DNA of 64,000 bases from Octopus vulgaris (GCA_951406725.2 OX597824.1:33418001-33482000), one strand, 5' to 3'; positions 30,196-42,397 are shown, numbered from the stretch's first letter. The notes: generated by a model from the sequence alone, not told the origin. Numbers and translations are program-made.

Positions 30196-30612
30196 CGCGT
30201 AGGAGTGACTGTGTGGTAAGTAGCTTGCTTACGAACCACATGGTTCCGAGTTCAGTCCCACTGCGTGGCACCTTGAGCAAGTGTCTTCTACTATAGCTTC
30301 GGGCCGACCAAAGATTTGGGAGTGGATTTGGTTGACGGAAACTGAAAGAAGCCCGTCGTATATGTGTATGTATATATATAGATGTGTGTATTGTGTGTGT
30401 CTTTGTTTGTCCCCCCACCAACAACGCATGACAACCGATGCTGGTGTGTTTACGTCCCCGTAACTTAGCAGTTCGGCAAAAAATACCGATAGAATAAGTA
30501 CTAGGCTTACAAAGAGTAAATCCTGGGGTCGATTTGCTCGACTAAAAGGCAGTGCTCCAGCATGGCCACAGTCAAACGACTGAAACAAGTAAAAGAGTAA
30601 AGGAGTAAAGAG
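30196..30612 (+). mobile_element. SINE-B, full length
   Basis: Full layout with a (gagtaaaa)n tail. Confidence 0.92.
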
Positions 30613-30734
30613 TCATTTCGATACACAGTTTAGGTAAGATTTCATCACCTGGAGACGAGTTAGCCGGGTACCAAATGTGAACGCGAGCGCGCGCGTCTGT
30701 GCGTGCGTGTGTGTGTGTGTGTGTGTGTGTGAAT

Positions 30735-30768
<34 letters not shown>

Positions 30769-31156
30769 TCGTGTGTGCGTGCGTGCGTGTGTGTGTGTGT
30801 GTTTATATTTAAGAAAGGATGTACTGAATCCTACATGTGGCACCTTAATCTCTTTAAATATCCCTCCTCAAGCAAAACTTTTAGTGATTGCCAAATAAAA
30901 GGAGAGATAATTTTAAGACATGAAAAATTAATTTTTCATTTTAGTTTCCTTATGTTGGAAAAGGCCAATCTGACCATTGGCAAAGGTCTTAGAAATAATA
31001 GGAATCACAAGAGATCAAAGAGCTCGGAAGAACCAACTATAACCCAAGAGTTGGTGCTGGCAGCTGCTACTGCTGCTGCTGGTATTATTTTCTTGATTAT
31101 GATGAAGATAAAATTGCTGCTGCTACTGATAATTATAATGATCATGGTACATGTTC

Positions 31157-31282
<126 letters not shown>

Positions 31283-31382
31283 GTACTCACAGACACACAT
31301 GCGTACATACGCATACGTATATATGTATGCACATGTATGTTTTTGTATTACATATATGCATATACATAAATTTATAGATATG

Positions 31383-31905
31383 TTTCTTTATTAGCCACAC
31401 AGGGCTGAACGCAGAGGGGACAAATTACTAAGTAGAGCTTTTCTTTTTGGGGAGGAGAAAAAAAAAGTGGGGTAGGTTTTCGATTAAAAGGAATCGTAAG
31501 AAGAAAAAAACGATCAATAGGGATCGTGTATTACAGAAATGTCATGATATAAAGTGTAAAGGGGAAAACAGATAAGGTTTGTCTGTGGAAAGAAAAGCCT
31601 ACGGAAAAGACCAAGGTAACCTCGGTCAATAATGTCACATGTTAACACATTTATTTGCAAGTAAGTAACTCTCTGTTTTAAATTTTCCGGGTTCATAGGA
31701 TCATGCTCAAGGTGGCTTCGTCACTCATACGTGCCATCCTTGCTACATTCACCCATCTTTCTTTGAAACATTCGCTAGGAAAAACTTGCCTCTCTACTCT
31801 CACTTTCCTTTTCAAGTGATACTTGAAAAATTTGATGAAAGGTTGACCAGAGAGGAAAGTGTTTGTCTCTAATCCTTTCAGACGCGTCCACCAGGTACAT
31901 TCTTT
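31383..31905 (-). mobile_element. Tx1/L1-type LINE 3' end (ORF2 C-terminus plus ~310-nt 3' UTR)
   Basis: KECTWWTRLKGLETNTFLSGQPFIKFFKYHLKRKVRVERQVFPSECFKERWVNVARM..., stop at 31693-31695; UTR ends gctAATAAAgaaa; clade assigned by motif resemblance. Confidence 0.65.
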
Positions 31906-32489
31906 GAACTTTATATATTTGAGTATATTGAAAATGCGAGAACATTGGTAAGTGCGACTTTTAAACCATCTGTTAAATGAATATCGGTTATTAACATATT
32001 GATCCGAAGACCTTTATGCATCTGAAAAATATTGTTACAGACAACATAGGAAGTAACTTCAGTGGGAAGCCTTATGCGAACATTATTATTAAAAAATTTT
32101 TTTTTAGCAATTCTGATTATGAGAATTGTGATCAAAAAGAGAGCTCAACCCGATAAATCTAAAAGCATTGTTTCGTCTTGGTCATTATCTTTTCATATAT
32201 AAACAGTACAACAATCAATTAAATTTTCAATAAACTTGAAATAGCCAGAGAGCAAAGAGATGGAAAATCAGCGGGTGGGGGTGGAGGAACAAATGAGAGT
32301 GGAGTGAAGGGAAGATATAAAGTTGAAAGAAACTGATAGAAAGACACGAACAAAAAAATACAGAGTAAAATGCTCGGAAGAAGCATTTCTTGGGCACCCA
32401 CTGGATAGAACCGGACGAAATCATTATCGGTTTTAGAGTCGATTTATGCAGCAACAGATAAAAAGTTTTCTCTCGTTCATACAAAGGCT

Positions 32490-32647
32490 GAAATTCCGCC
32501 GAGGTCGACTTTGCCTTGCATCCTTTTGGGGTCGATAAATTAAGTACCAGTTACGCACTGGGGTCGATGTAATCGACTTAATCCGTTTGTCTGTCCTTGC
32601 TTGTCCCCTCTGTGTTTAGCCCCTTGTGGGTAGTAAAGAAATAGGTA
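32490..32647 (+). mobile_element. 5'-truncated SINE-A1
   Basis: Core plus A1 tail ending gaaataggta. Confidence 0.88.
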
Positions 32648-32872
32648 TTCAGATATGATGCGAGGGTTCTTGACAATCAGCGAGGTTTCTTGACAATTAG
32701 CAGTACAGAGGTTACATTTTCTTAATACATTCATGTGGGATTAATAGTCATTGAGGTCGACTGTGCCTTTCATCTTTTTCGGGATCAATGAAATAAGTAC
32801 CAGTTCCGCACTGGGATCGATGTAATCGACTAGCCTCATCCCACAAAATTTCGATCCTCTTGTACTTTATAG

Positions 32873-33183
32873 AGATGGACTTGCATAGCAAGTGATTTGA
32901 TCTGAGATCGTGTGCTGGAACGAAAACAATTGCAGCGTAGAAGATGTTTGTAAGCGATTTAAGAAACACACAAAAGCCGTTCGATTCACTTCAACATTTA
33001 AGTTTAATTTGTCAAAATATCTTCGTCGCTATAAGACCGCGACCTGTTCACTGACAAAAATCCGTGCTGCATCTCAGAGATGCAGCACGGATTTTTGTCA
33101 GTGAACAGGTCGCGGTCTTATAGCGACGAAAATATTTTGACAAATTAAACTTAAATGTTGAAGTGAATCGAAAGGCTTTTGTG
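32873..33183. mobile_element. Penelope-like terminal fragment with an inverted duplication, inserted in a SINE-A2 tail with a 12-bp TSD
   Basis: tgtactttatag at 32861-32872 and 33184-33195; arms 32966-33075 and 33077-33186. Confidence 0.7.
33093..33144 (+). ncRNA. Minimal type I hammerhead-like fold with a G3-C8 core variant
   Basis: UUUGUCA-GUGAACA-G-GUCGC(9 nt)GCGAC-GAAA-AUAU-UU-UGACAAA. Confidence 0.5.
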
Positions 33184-33232
33184 TGTACTTTATAGTAGAA
33201 AGGATAATTATAATAATAATTACTACTACTAC

Positions 33233-33345
<113 letters not shown>

Positions 33346-33351
33346 ATAGTC

Positions 33352-33552
33352 AAGGCAGCGAACAGGTAGAATCGTTGGTATGCCTAACACAATTACGCCG
33401 AGATCAACATTGTCTTTCATCCTTTCGGCATCGATAAATTAAGTACCACTGAAACACTGAGGTCAATATGATCGACTAGTTCCTTTCCCAAAAATTTTCA
33501 GGCCTTGTGCCTTTAGTAGAAAGGATTATTATTGTTATTATTATTATTATTA

Positions 33553-33631
<79 letters not shown>

Positions 33632-33647
33632 CATCATTATTATTATT

Positions 33648-33678
<31 letters not shown>

Positions 33679-33720
33679 ACATCCTCCTCCTCCTCATCAT
33701 CAGCATCATTATTATTTTTT
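33352..33720 (+). mobile_element. Internally deleted SINE-A2 with a long (ATT)n/(ATC)n tail
   Basis: Head, partial core, ccttgtgcctttagtagaaagg tail. Confidence 0.8.
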
Positions 33721-33819
33721 TAATGTATTTGCACAGCTTCTAACGACGGTGTCAGCTGTTCACTACCAGAGAACGAAAGTAACACCCCTTATTTTTAGAG
33801 CATCATCCGGAGTATTCCA

Positions 33820-34482
33820 GCGGTTCGAGCTATGTTGTTTTCTTCTACTGTGTTCACATCCAATCAGTCCTCCTGCCCCTCTTTTTTTTTGTACATACAG
33901 TCTATCTGTGCCACTTTATGGGTGGAGTATCCCATATTTAGTCAGTAATTTCCTTGTCTTTCTGTCTAAGCTGTTTAGTTCGTCTACTGTCCATGCTCCA
34001 TATCTAAGGAGTGAAACCGTCCAGGTGTTGATAGCTTCAATCTTATTCCGTCCGTTTAATTTCGACTTAAGTATCAGTCTCAGTTTGCGCAAGTACTTCA
34101 CCTTAAATTTTTCTGTCATTTCTTTCTCCATCAATTTATCCATTTCCAAAATCCACAAGTCCTTATAGCCCGTCTCTTCTATCTGCTTCATAACATCCTC
34201 CGACGGTATAGTTAGGCCGTCCATACATTTGATTTTGCTTCTCTTCAAGTCTAACACACTACACTTTCTCAGTCCGAACTCCATTCTGATATCAGCATTG
34301 AAAGTATACACCATATCAACGAGGAAACTGGCTTGGGATTCATCTTTACAAAAAAGTTTGAGGTCATCCATGAATAACAAATGGTTAACTTTTTGTTGGC
34401 GACTTCTGAATACACACCCAGCTCTTGCTTTCCTCAGAATCAGTGTTAGTGGTATCAAGCACAGTACAAAAATCAATGGGGA
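33820..34482 (-). mobile_element. R4/Dong-like non-LTR retrotransposon, RT C-terminal half (pseudogene)
   Basis: SPLIFVLCLIPL...VNHLLFMDDLKLF...IRMEFGLRKC...SKLNGRNKIEAINTW...LDRKTRK...LHP...DRLY. Confidence 0.9.
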
Positions 34483-34484
34483 AA

Positions 34485-34696
34485 AGGCGACGATCTGGCA
34501 GAATTGTTAGCACTCCGAGTAAAATTCTTTATGGCATTTCGTCTGTCTTTACGTTCTGAGTTCAAATTCCGCCGTTGTCGACTTTGCCTTTCATCCTTTT
34601 GGGGTCCATAAATTAAGTACCAGTCTAGTACTGGGTCGATAAAATCGACTATACCCCTCCCCACAAATTTCAGGCCTTGTGCCTATAGTAGAAAGG

Positions 34697-34766
<70 letters not shown>
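34485..34766 (+). mobile_element. Full SINE-A2 with (ATT)n tail
   Basis: Head, core and A2 tail. Confidence 0.9.
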
Positions 34767-34768
<2 letters not shown>

Positions 34769-35375
34769 TAGTTTTATTTTTATAGCGTGCTTTCACTTCA
34801 CTACCGAGCGCAGCTCTGTGTGCCTTGGGTATGTGCTGTGATTTGTTGTGATGCTCTGATGGTTATTGTATGGAAAGTGTTCTGCGTAGGATGTGTGCAG
34901 TGCCTAGTAGTGCAATTTTCTGTATGTTATATGTGTTTGTAAGTCCTGGTGTTTTTGTTATGTATTTGTCTGAATATTTTTTTATCATGCCTAATGCACC
35001 TACTATGATAGGAATTGTTTCTGTTTTCAGGTTCCACATTCTAGTTACCTCTATTTCCAGGTCTTTGTATTTTGAGAGTTTCTCCATTTCTTTTAGAGAC
35101 ACGTTGTCATCTGCCGGTATTGATACATCAATTAGAAAGCATTTTTTTTCTTCATGATCTCTGACAACTATATCTGGTCTGTTGGCCTTAATTTCTCTAT
35201 CTGTGTGTATCGGCATATCCCAGAGTATGGTTGCTTTCTCGTTTTCTGTGACCTTTTCTGGTGTGTGCCTATACCATCTTTTTTCTGTTGTTATTCCATA
35301 ATGTTGGCATAGCTTCCAATGTATGTAGGTTCCAACTCTGTCATGTCTGTGAATATATTCCTTCTTGACCAGGAT
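34767..35375 (-). mobile_element. R4/Dong-like LINE 3' end: restriction-like endonuclease domain and 3' UTR ending in (AAT)n
   Basis: RHDRVG..IHW.LC...ILWD...NRPDIVV...FLIDVSIP...EKLSKYKDL...PIIVGALG...LGTAHILRRTL*. Confidence 0.92.
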
Positions 35376-35399
35376 TCAAGAATCTTGCAAAGAATTCTT

Positions 35400-35870
35400 G
35401 CAGTTCCAACCAATGCTGATTTTTGTAGGTGTTCTACTTTTACATTTGTACCATTCGTTTTGAGTCATGTTTGTAGCTGAGTGCGCGAATTACTATTGGT
35501 ATCACCTCTACTCTACTCATTGACCACAAACTTTGTATTTCCCACTTCAAATCGTCGTTGTTGATCAGTTTTTCTTCTTTCTCTTTGATCCTGTTGTCAC
35601 TGGGACATACTATGTTGATTATCATGCATGTTCTTTCTTTCTTTTTTTTTTTCAACACAACCATGTCCAGTTCCGATGTCTGGTCAGGTGATCGCACTGA
35701 ATCATTGCATCCCACAAGGTTTTGCAATTTTAATTCTCGGTGACTCCTCCTGGGATTTTCTCATACCACGTCTTTGCTCTTTGTAGGCCGTGATTTCCAC
35801 AGAGCTCTCGATGGATCATTTCTTGCCACATTGTCATGGCGTCTTTTGTATTCGCGTTGTGCCAATTTCA
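35400..35870 (-). mobile_element. Second, more decayed R4-like RLE fragment
   Basis: KLAQREYKRRHDNVAR...DMVVL...IINIVCPSDNRIKEKEEK...DLKWEIQSLW...VIPIVIRAL. Confidence 0.8.
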
Positions 35871-36362
35871 TAGAGCATATTATTTCTTTGTGGCGTGTAC
35901 TGTAAATTTGCATTAGTATGTCGAAGAAAGAGTTCCAACAGCCCCACGGTGAACATGTTCAAAAACTGATGCGCAAAACACATTTAAGAAGGAAGAATGA
36001 TGCAACATCGAATTTCTGAGAAAAATTGAGTCGTAATTACCACTCCTTCGTATATTAACGGAATAAAACCTGCAGACGAGTATAAAATTCCAAGCTTTTC
36101 TCATTTATTCTCAGCTGCTGACTTCATAAATGGCGTCTAAGGCAACAAGCACATTATTAGTATTTTGTACGTAATCAATTAAATGCTGCCAAAGAAACTT
36201 GGAATAGCGACGGAGTGACGCTTCTCACACGTCAATATTACCTCATGCATTATTGTTATTAGATTTTTGGTTATTGTAAAACAATAAACACGATATATGG
36301 TGACAAGAAATATTGAAACATTGGAATCTGGAATATAATTGGCAAATATCGCTGCAAATCGT

Positions 36363-36778
36363 GGATCTTTTCGGTTTGACCGGCAGTTTTTTCTAGCGGT
36401 GTCATATGAAATTGTCAACCATAATTATGACCCTAGTATCGATCTATTGCATTTCAATCTCTTTTAGGGTTAGGGTTAGGGTGGAGGAAGGGTATCTTTT
36501 TTCTTCACAAATGTAAATAAACCCCAATCTGTTTCTTAAACGAGGGACATATTCATACGGCGCAGAATGTTTTCACCTCAATAGACGTCATTGATTGGTT
36601 GAAATTGCAGAAACTGAAGAAAAAAAACAACAAATATCTTACAAACTATAGAATTTTCTCAATAAAGTCAAGAGAAAAAGATGTTTTATAAATACATTCT
36701 ACCAGTATACGAAGTTTAACAGTGTTTAGTTACGTGGAAATTATTTTTAAAAAACTGCCGGTCAAACCGAAAAGATAC
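36363..36778. mobile_element. 416-bp MITE with ~28-bp TIRs, an 8-bp TSD and internal TTAGGG repeats
   Basis: TIR ggatcttttcggtttgaccggcagtttt / aaaactgccggtcaaaccgaaaagatac; caaatcgt at 36355-36362 and 36779-36786. Confidence 0.88.
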
Positions 36779-37665
36779 CAAATCGTAGAAGAATCCAAAT
36801 ACATTTCATCCTATTGATTAAAGTTTGTATACTTACAGTGAAAAACTAGAGCAGTTTTACGTGGACCAGACGTTAAGTTCCCGCCCTTTTATTACTCATT
36901 GAAAATTGCATATATTCCTTTTGAACAGCACCAAGGAAAATAAGAGAGGGAACATATAACATTCTGAGAATGGTTTTAATTCAAAACTTTTAGTTGTTAC
37001 TGAGAGATTTCGACTACACAAAATTCAGATAAGAACTGGAAAATTCTTCATATTTTTCTTAGAAATTCTGAGAAAGTTGTTGGAAACCTTGAATTAGATC
37101 ATAATCTATATGAAAGCATAAGAATGTAATTTATTTGTAGACTTAAAAAATGAACTTCTTCAAAGAAGATTGCTATTTGAAACAGCTATGTTTGCTGGCT
37201 GCTATGATTAGGCGCAAAGCGAATCAGTTGCAGTGCAGACTTCAACGTGACGGGTTGGGTATCTCCATCATAGGTGCGCGTGCTGATGAGGGTGAGGCTA
37301 TTATGTCATTCCAGAAACCGGTCCACGTGAGTCCAAATACTTGAATGTATGCTGAGAGATTGTGTTAGGCCGTTTGCCTTCGGACGGCTGATTTCTGAAG
37401 TTATTATCAGTATATTTTGGCGATTTAAATAACAGTTTTGACTGTTATTTCCAGCAGGTAGACATGCTTAGTATGTCCTTTGATTAATTTTAAATCCTTC
37501 AGCTATTTAATGCCTTTTTGGGGCCTGCAATCCCCTATATTATTGATTCTGTCATTACCATTCTTAAATTGTTACACTAGATAGTAATAGAGTCAATGGT
37601 ATCTTCGCAAGTATCTTCTCGTGAGTTATTTGCACCCTATTGAAATATGTGTGTGTGTGCATGCA

Positions 37666-37719
<54 letters not shown>

Positions 37720-37834
37720 TATATATTGGCCTGCTCGCTTAGCCAGCGTGGTGGCGTCATTCAAAGGCCAAAACAATGCGAAAGCATTGTGACCAGCGAT
37801 GTGTAAGATCTGATGGTCTGGTCGGTCACGTGAT

Positions 37835-37916
<82 letters not shown>

Positions 37917-38130
37917 ATGTATGTATGTATGTACGTATATATGTACGTAAGTGTGTATGTATGTATATATATACAAAACACGCATACATATATATACGTA
38001 TGTATGTATACATGGTCCGGTCGTCGGTGACTCAACCGAAACCCCCATAGGCTTACCTGATGAGAAGGGTTGCTAGAAACCCAGCATGACCAAAATCAAT
38101 ACCGGTTAAAAGGGCGTATGAATCTAACAT

Positions 38131-38890
38131 ATACGATAGTGGGCTGAGAAGTTCCTAGACTGACCAAGATACTCTCATGGAATGTGATCAAATGGGGTTT
38201 ATTTTTCAACATAGTTCCCCTGTCGGTTCACACACTTCTTCCATCGGTGTTGCAGTACTTGGATACCATTGGTGAAGAAGCTTTCATCCTGTTGGTCAAA
38301 AACGTCATCAGAAGCAGATATGACGTCATCATCACTACCGTATTGGTTCCCAGCCTTATGTCTTTTCGTGTTAGGAATAGACAATAGTCAGATGGGTCCT
38401 AATCAGGAGAATAGGGATGGCGATCAACCAGTTAAAACCACAGTCACGCAGAGCAGTCACTGAAACCAAGGACTTGTGTGCTGGAGCATCGTCCTCATGA
38501 ACCAAGATCTCTTTCGGTATTTGGGCTTGATAGCCTTTCGTACTTGCCTCAGCAAGACGACATAGTACTCTCTATTGGTGGTATGGCCCTTTTCAAGAGA
38601 GTCAATAAAATCAATAAAATAGTGCATTTTGCATCTTTAAAAGTTGGGGTCCATCATCTTTCCAGTAGATGAAACAAACTTGAACTGGTAAGGAAGGGTG
38701 TTTCCACTACATGGATTGTCCTCTTTGTCTCTGGGTCAAAGTGGGGAAGCCAACCATCATCCTAGGTTAAGAAATGTTCAAGGAAACCAACTTGATCTGC
38801 GTCAAACAAAGTCACATTTTCCAGTGCTGTGATCAGCCTGGTATGCTTTTGATCAGTCGTCAGCAGACGGTCACGAGTGGATAGCCATCA
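38131..38890 (-). mobile_element. Decayed mariner element (transposase C-terminus)
   Basis: YGSDDDVISASDDVFDQQDESFFTNGIQVLQHRWKKCVNRQGNYVEK*; TIR-like tacgatagtgggctgagaagttc. Confidence 0.8.
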
Positions 38891-39066
38891 TGTGTGCGCG
38901 CGCACGTGTGTAACATCGAAAATCTTAATGTGAAGATGCTTCGAAGAAATGATTGAAGAACAATATTTGCATGATCATCAAGATGGCCATTTATTATATA
39001 TCAATTATTATGTAATTACAATGTTAAAGATGATTATAATGCAAGTCGTTACAATATATAATATAC

Positions 39067-39476
39067 AGGCGCAGGAGTGGCTGTGTGGTAAGTAGCTTGC
39101 TAACCAACCACATGGTTCCAGGTTCAGTCCCACTGCGTGGCATCTTGGGCAAGTGTTTTCTGCTATAGCCCCGGGCCGACCAATGCCTTGTGAGTGGATT
39201 TGGTAGAGGGAAACTTAAAGAAGCCTGTCGTATATATGTATATATATATATATATATAAGTGTGTGTGTATATGTTTGTGTGTCTGTGTTTGTCCCCCTA
39301 GCATTGCTTAACAACATATGCTGGTGTGTTAACGTCCCCGTCACTTAGCGGTTCGGCAAAAGAGACCGATAGAATAAGTACTGGGCTTACAAAAAATGAG
39401 TCCCGGGGTCGATTTGCTCGACTAAAGGCGGAGCTCCAGCATGGCCGCAGTAAAATGACTGAAACAAGTAAAGAGT
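39067..39476 (+). mobile_element. SINE-B, full length (reference-like copy)
   Basis: A-box tggctgtgtgg, B-box ggttcagtcc, CORE-like cttgggcaagtg, hairpin tail. Confidence 0.93.
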
Positions 39477-40029
39477 ATACCACTTCGTCGAATTGTTTGT
39501 GTGTAACCGCTGGTTTGTAGCTGCAATAGAATATTTGTCTTTGGTTCCTCGGTTCATTGTGTATATTAGTTAGCAGTTTAGTTTCATCTCAGTGGCTGCT
39601 AGCGAGAAAGACAGAATGAAAGGAATGTGTGCAGATAGAAGCGGTACGAAGTCTACGTTCGCACGTTGGTCAATATACTGAGAAGAGTTGCTCTTTAACC
39701 ATTCGACCGATCGATCCAAAAGGTTGTGTTGCTCAAATGCCAAACGCCGAGTGACCCAAGAGGTCGAGTGATATATGCTTGTGTGTTTACAACTTCTCTA
39801 ATTAACGTAGAACGAGCTAAATCTATAGGGCCCCTCGCCTCTAATCATGTCTGATCCGAGGATGACTGGAAAAGGTTTGAGAGGTCAATTCATTTCCATT
39901 AATGTCTCAGTGCAGAAAGGCGAAAACAATAAGCTGAGGATTTGTTTGACAATGTGAAAAACCGTGAATTTGCTTTCGAATTTCAGCTTAGCTATTCTGT
40001 AGCAATTCATTACATATGTATATGCATAT

Positions 40030-40617
40030 AAATGTGTGTGTGTGTGTGTCCCTTTGTGGGGTGTTTGTCCCATACTACTTGACATTCGGTATTGGTTTGT
40101 TTACTTTCTTACCGCCGTGTAGTTTGGTTTCAGAGATCGACAGAATAAGTATCCGACTTAAAAATAATTACTAGGTTCAATTTGATGGACTAAACCCTCT
40201 AAAGCGGTGCTCCAGCATGACCACAGTCCTACGAATGCTACTAATAAAAGATGAAAGATACAAATATTACTTTTAATTTAATTTATATTTCATTACTCCA
40301 GCATTTCGTTCTCGAATGTGAAGTAATTACAATAATAATCAATGAATTTTAATTGACAAGAATTGAATTTCCCCTTAATTAATATTGGAATGCAAGTACG
40401 GCGGCGAGCTGGCAAAATCGTTTGCACGCCGGGCAAAATGTTTTGCGGCATTTCGTCCGTCTGTCTATACATTCTGAGTTCAAATTCCGCCGAGGTCACG
40501 TTGCCTTTCATCCTTTCAGAGTCGATAAAATAAGTACCAGTTGCGCAATTGTGTCGATATAATCGACTTACCTCTCCCCCGAAATTGCTGACCTTGTGCC
40601 AAAATTTGAAACCAATT
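40030..40617 (+). mobile_element. SINE-B 3' half (40030-40260) and a full SINE-A3 (40399-40617)
   Basis: Family motifs; A3 tail ccttgtgccaaaatttgaaacc. Confidence 0.8.
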
Positions 40618-41388
40618 TTAGAATACAAGTATTGTACAGTACAGTACAGCTGGTACAGTATGAAGTACAGTACAGTATAATACAGTACAACTAGCCAGCA
40701 CTTGCGAGCGAGTATGGTTTCGTAACGTACGATACTTTCGTTAATTGTTTTAAGTGCCCTTGTAGTAACCGACAGAGACATCATCGCTGCCCTTTTACCC
40801 ATAACATAGTGAAACATTCAGGTATAACAGATGGAGGTAAAGAGATCTGCACCAGTATTCACTTGGCACTCATTTGCTCATGGACACAACGCACAACCAT
40901 AGAATTGAACACAAGATCTTACGCTCGTGTATCGAACAACTTAACTACTCTATAATTTAGTTCTAGATACTGCAGTCCTAGGGAAAAGATGGGATGGTTA
41001 TAGATGGACTATTGTTAGTCACATAAATGCTCAACCAGGTCTGAGCTAGGGCCAATGCTTAAAAAATTTGTTCTAAGTAAATTATTCTCCGTTGAATCTA
41101 CAAGCAATTAATCTCATCCAGCAGGAGAGCGTACATAATGTCATGTGGCCTGTTAAAATTACCCCAAAAAGATGAAAACCGAAGTTGACCCTGAGCGGGT
41201 TTTGAGCTCAGAATGTAAAGGAGTGTAAGTAAATATGGAAGGTCATTCGGTCCACCTTTCTATCCATTCTGCCAATCTATTGCCCTGGACAATGTGTAAT
41301 TAACGGTTTCTGTGAGACGAAGTTGTGACAGACTAGCGTCCAAGAAAGTGGAAGACATATCATTTGTTTGCGGTTTAATAATCTAAGA

Positions 41389-41523
41389 CAGTCACCCAAG
41401 CAGCATTAAGGGGCCCGCGGGCAAATTATTGCACTGAGCCCTATATTTCTTAAGTGTAAATCACAGCATACATTGATCAGAATTAGGCCCTTAGATTTGT
41501 GAGGTCACCGGGCATCGGCACTG
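41389..41523. mobile_element. 135-bp hAT-like MITE
   Basis: CAGT...ACTG termini with an 8-bp TSD atctaaga at 41381-41388 and 41524-41531. Confidence 0.7.
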
Positions 41524-41534
41524 ATCTAAGACAA

Positions 41535-41767
41535 TACCTATTTCTTTACTACCCACAAGGGGCTAAACACAGAGGACAAACAAGGACAGACAAACGGATT
41601 AAGTCGATTATATCGACCCCAGTGCGTAACTGGTACTTATTTAATCGACCCCGAAAGGATGAAAGGTAAAGTCGACCTCGGCGGAATTTGAACTCAGAAC
41701 GTAGCGGCAGACGAAATACTGCTAAGCATTCCATCCGGCGTGCAACGATTCTGCCAGCTCGCCGCCT
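41535..41767 (-). mobile_element. Full-length SINE-A1 with a 13-bp TSD
   Basis: tctaagacaatac at 41525-41537 and 41768-41780. Confidence 0.95.
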
Positions 41768-41990
41768 TCTAAGACAATACAAAAGTCCAATGTAATAGCT
41801 CTGTTCCAAATGAATTGAAAATTTATATCAACACTCTGTTGTCAGATAAATTCGTTCGTTTTTTGTATCTTTTTGTGAGGCTGTTTTTCACCCTACTTGG
41901 CACATCGCTGTCATATATCTGAAAATAGGTATATTTAATTCAAATTTCAAAAAACGATGAACAAATGTATAATAAACAGAACTGGTATCA

Positions 41991-42386
41991 TAGCGGCATC
42001 ATATGAAATTGTCACCCATAATTATGACCCTAGAATCGATCTATTGCATTTCAATCTCTTTTAGGGTTAGTTTGGGTTAGGGTTAGGGGTGGGGGAAGGG
42101 TATCTTTTTTTCTTCACAAATGTAAATAAACCCAATCTGTTTCTTAAACGAGGGACACATTCATACGGCACAGAATGCTTTTTAACTCAATAGACGTCAC
42201 TGATTGGTTGAAATTGCAGAAATTGAAGAAAAAAAAACAACAAATATCTTACAAACCATAGAATTTTCTCAATAAAGCCAAGAGAAAAAGATGTTTTATA
42301 AACACATTCTACCAGTATACGAAGTTTAAATTTTTTTAGTTACCTAGAAATTATGTTAAAAACTGCCGTTCAAACCGAAAAGATCC
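41991..42386 (+). mobile_element. Second copy of the TTAGGG MITE, left TIR missing
   Basis: Colinear with about 36393-36778. Confidence 0.88.
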
Positions 42387-42397
42387 CAGAGCTGCAA

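Noticed and set aside
36463-36485. TTAGGG repeats as a telomere or fusion scar
   Set aside because: Only about three units, internal to a TIR element present twice
35880-37400. Unique-looking stretches with short ORFs (35913, 36179, 37150)
   Set aside because: No recognisable motifs and frequent stops; a decayed transposon cannot be excluded without a search
38020-38090. GAAA...CTGATGAG...GAAA possible hammerhead
   Set aside because: Helices I-III cannot be closed consistently in any permutation
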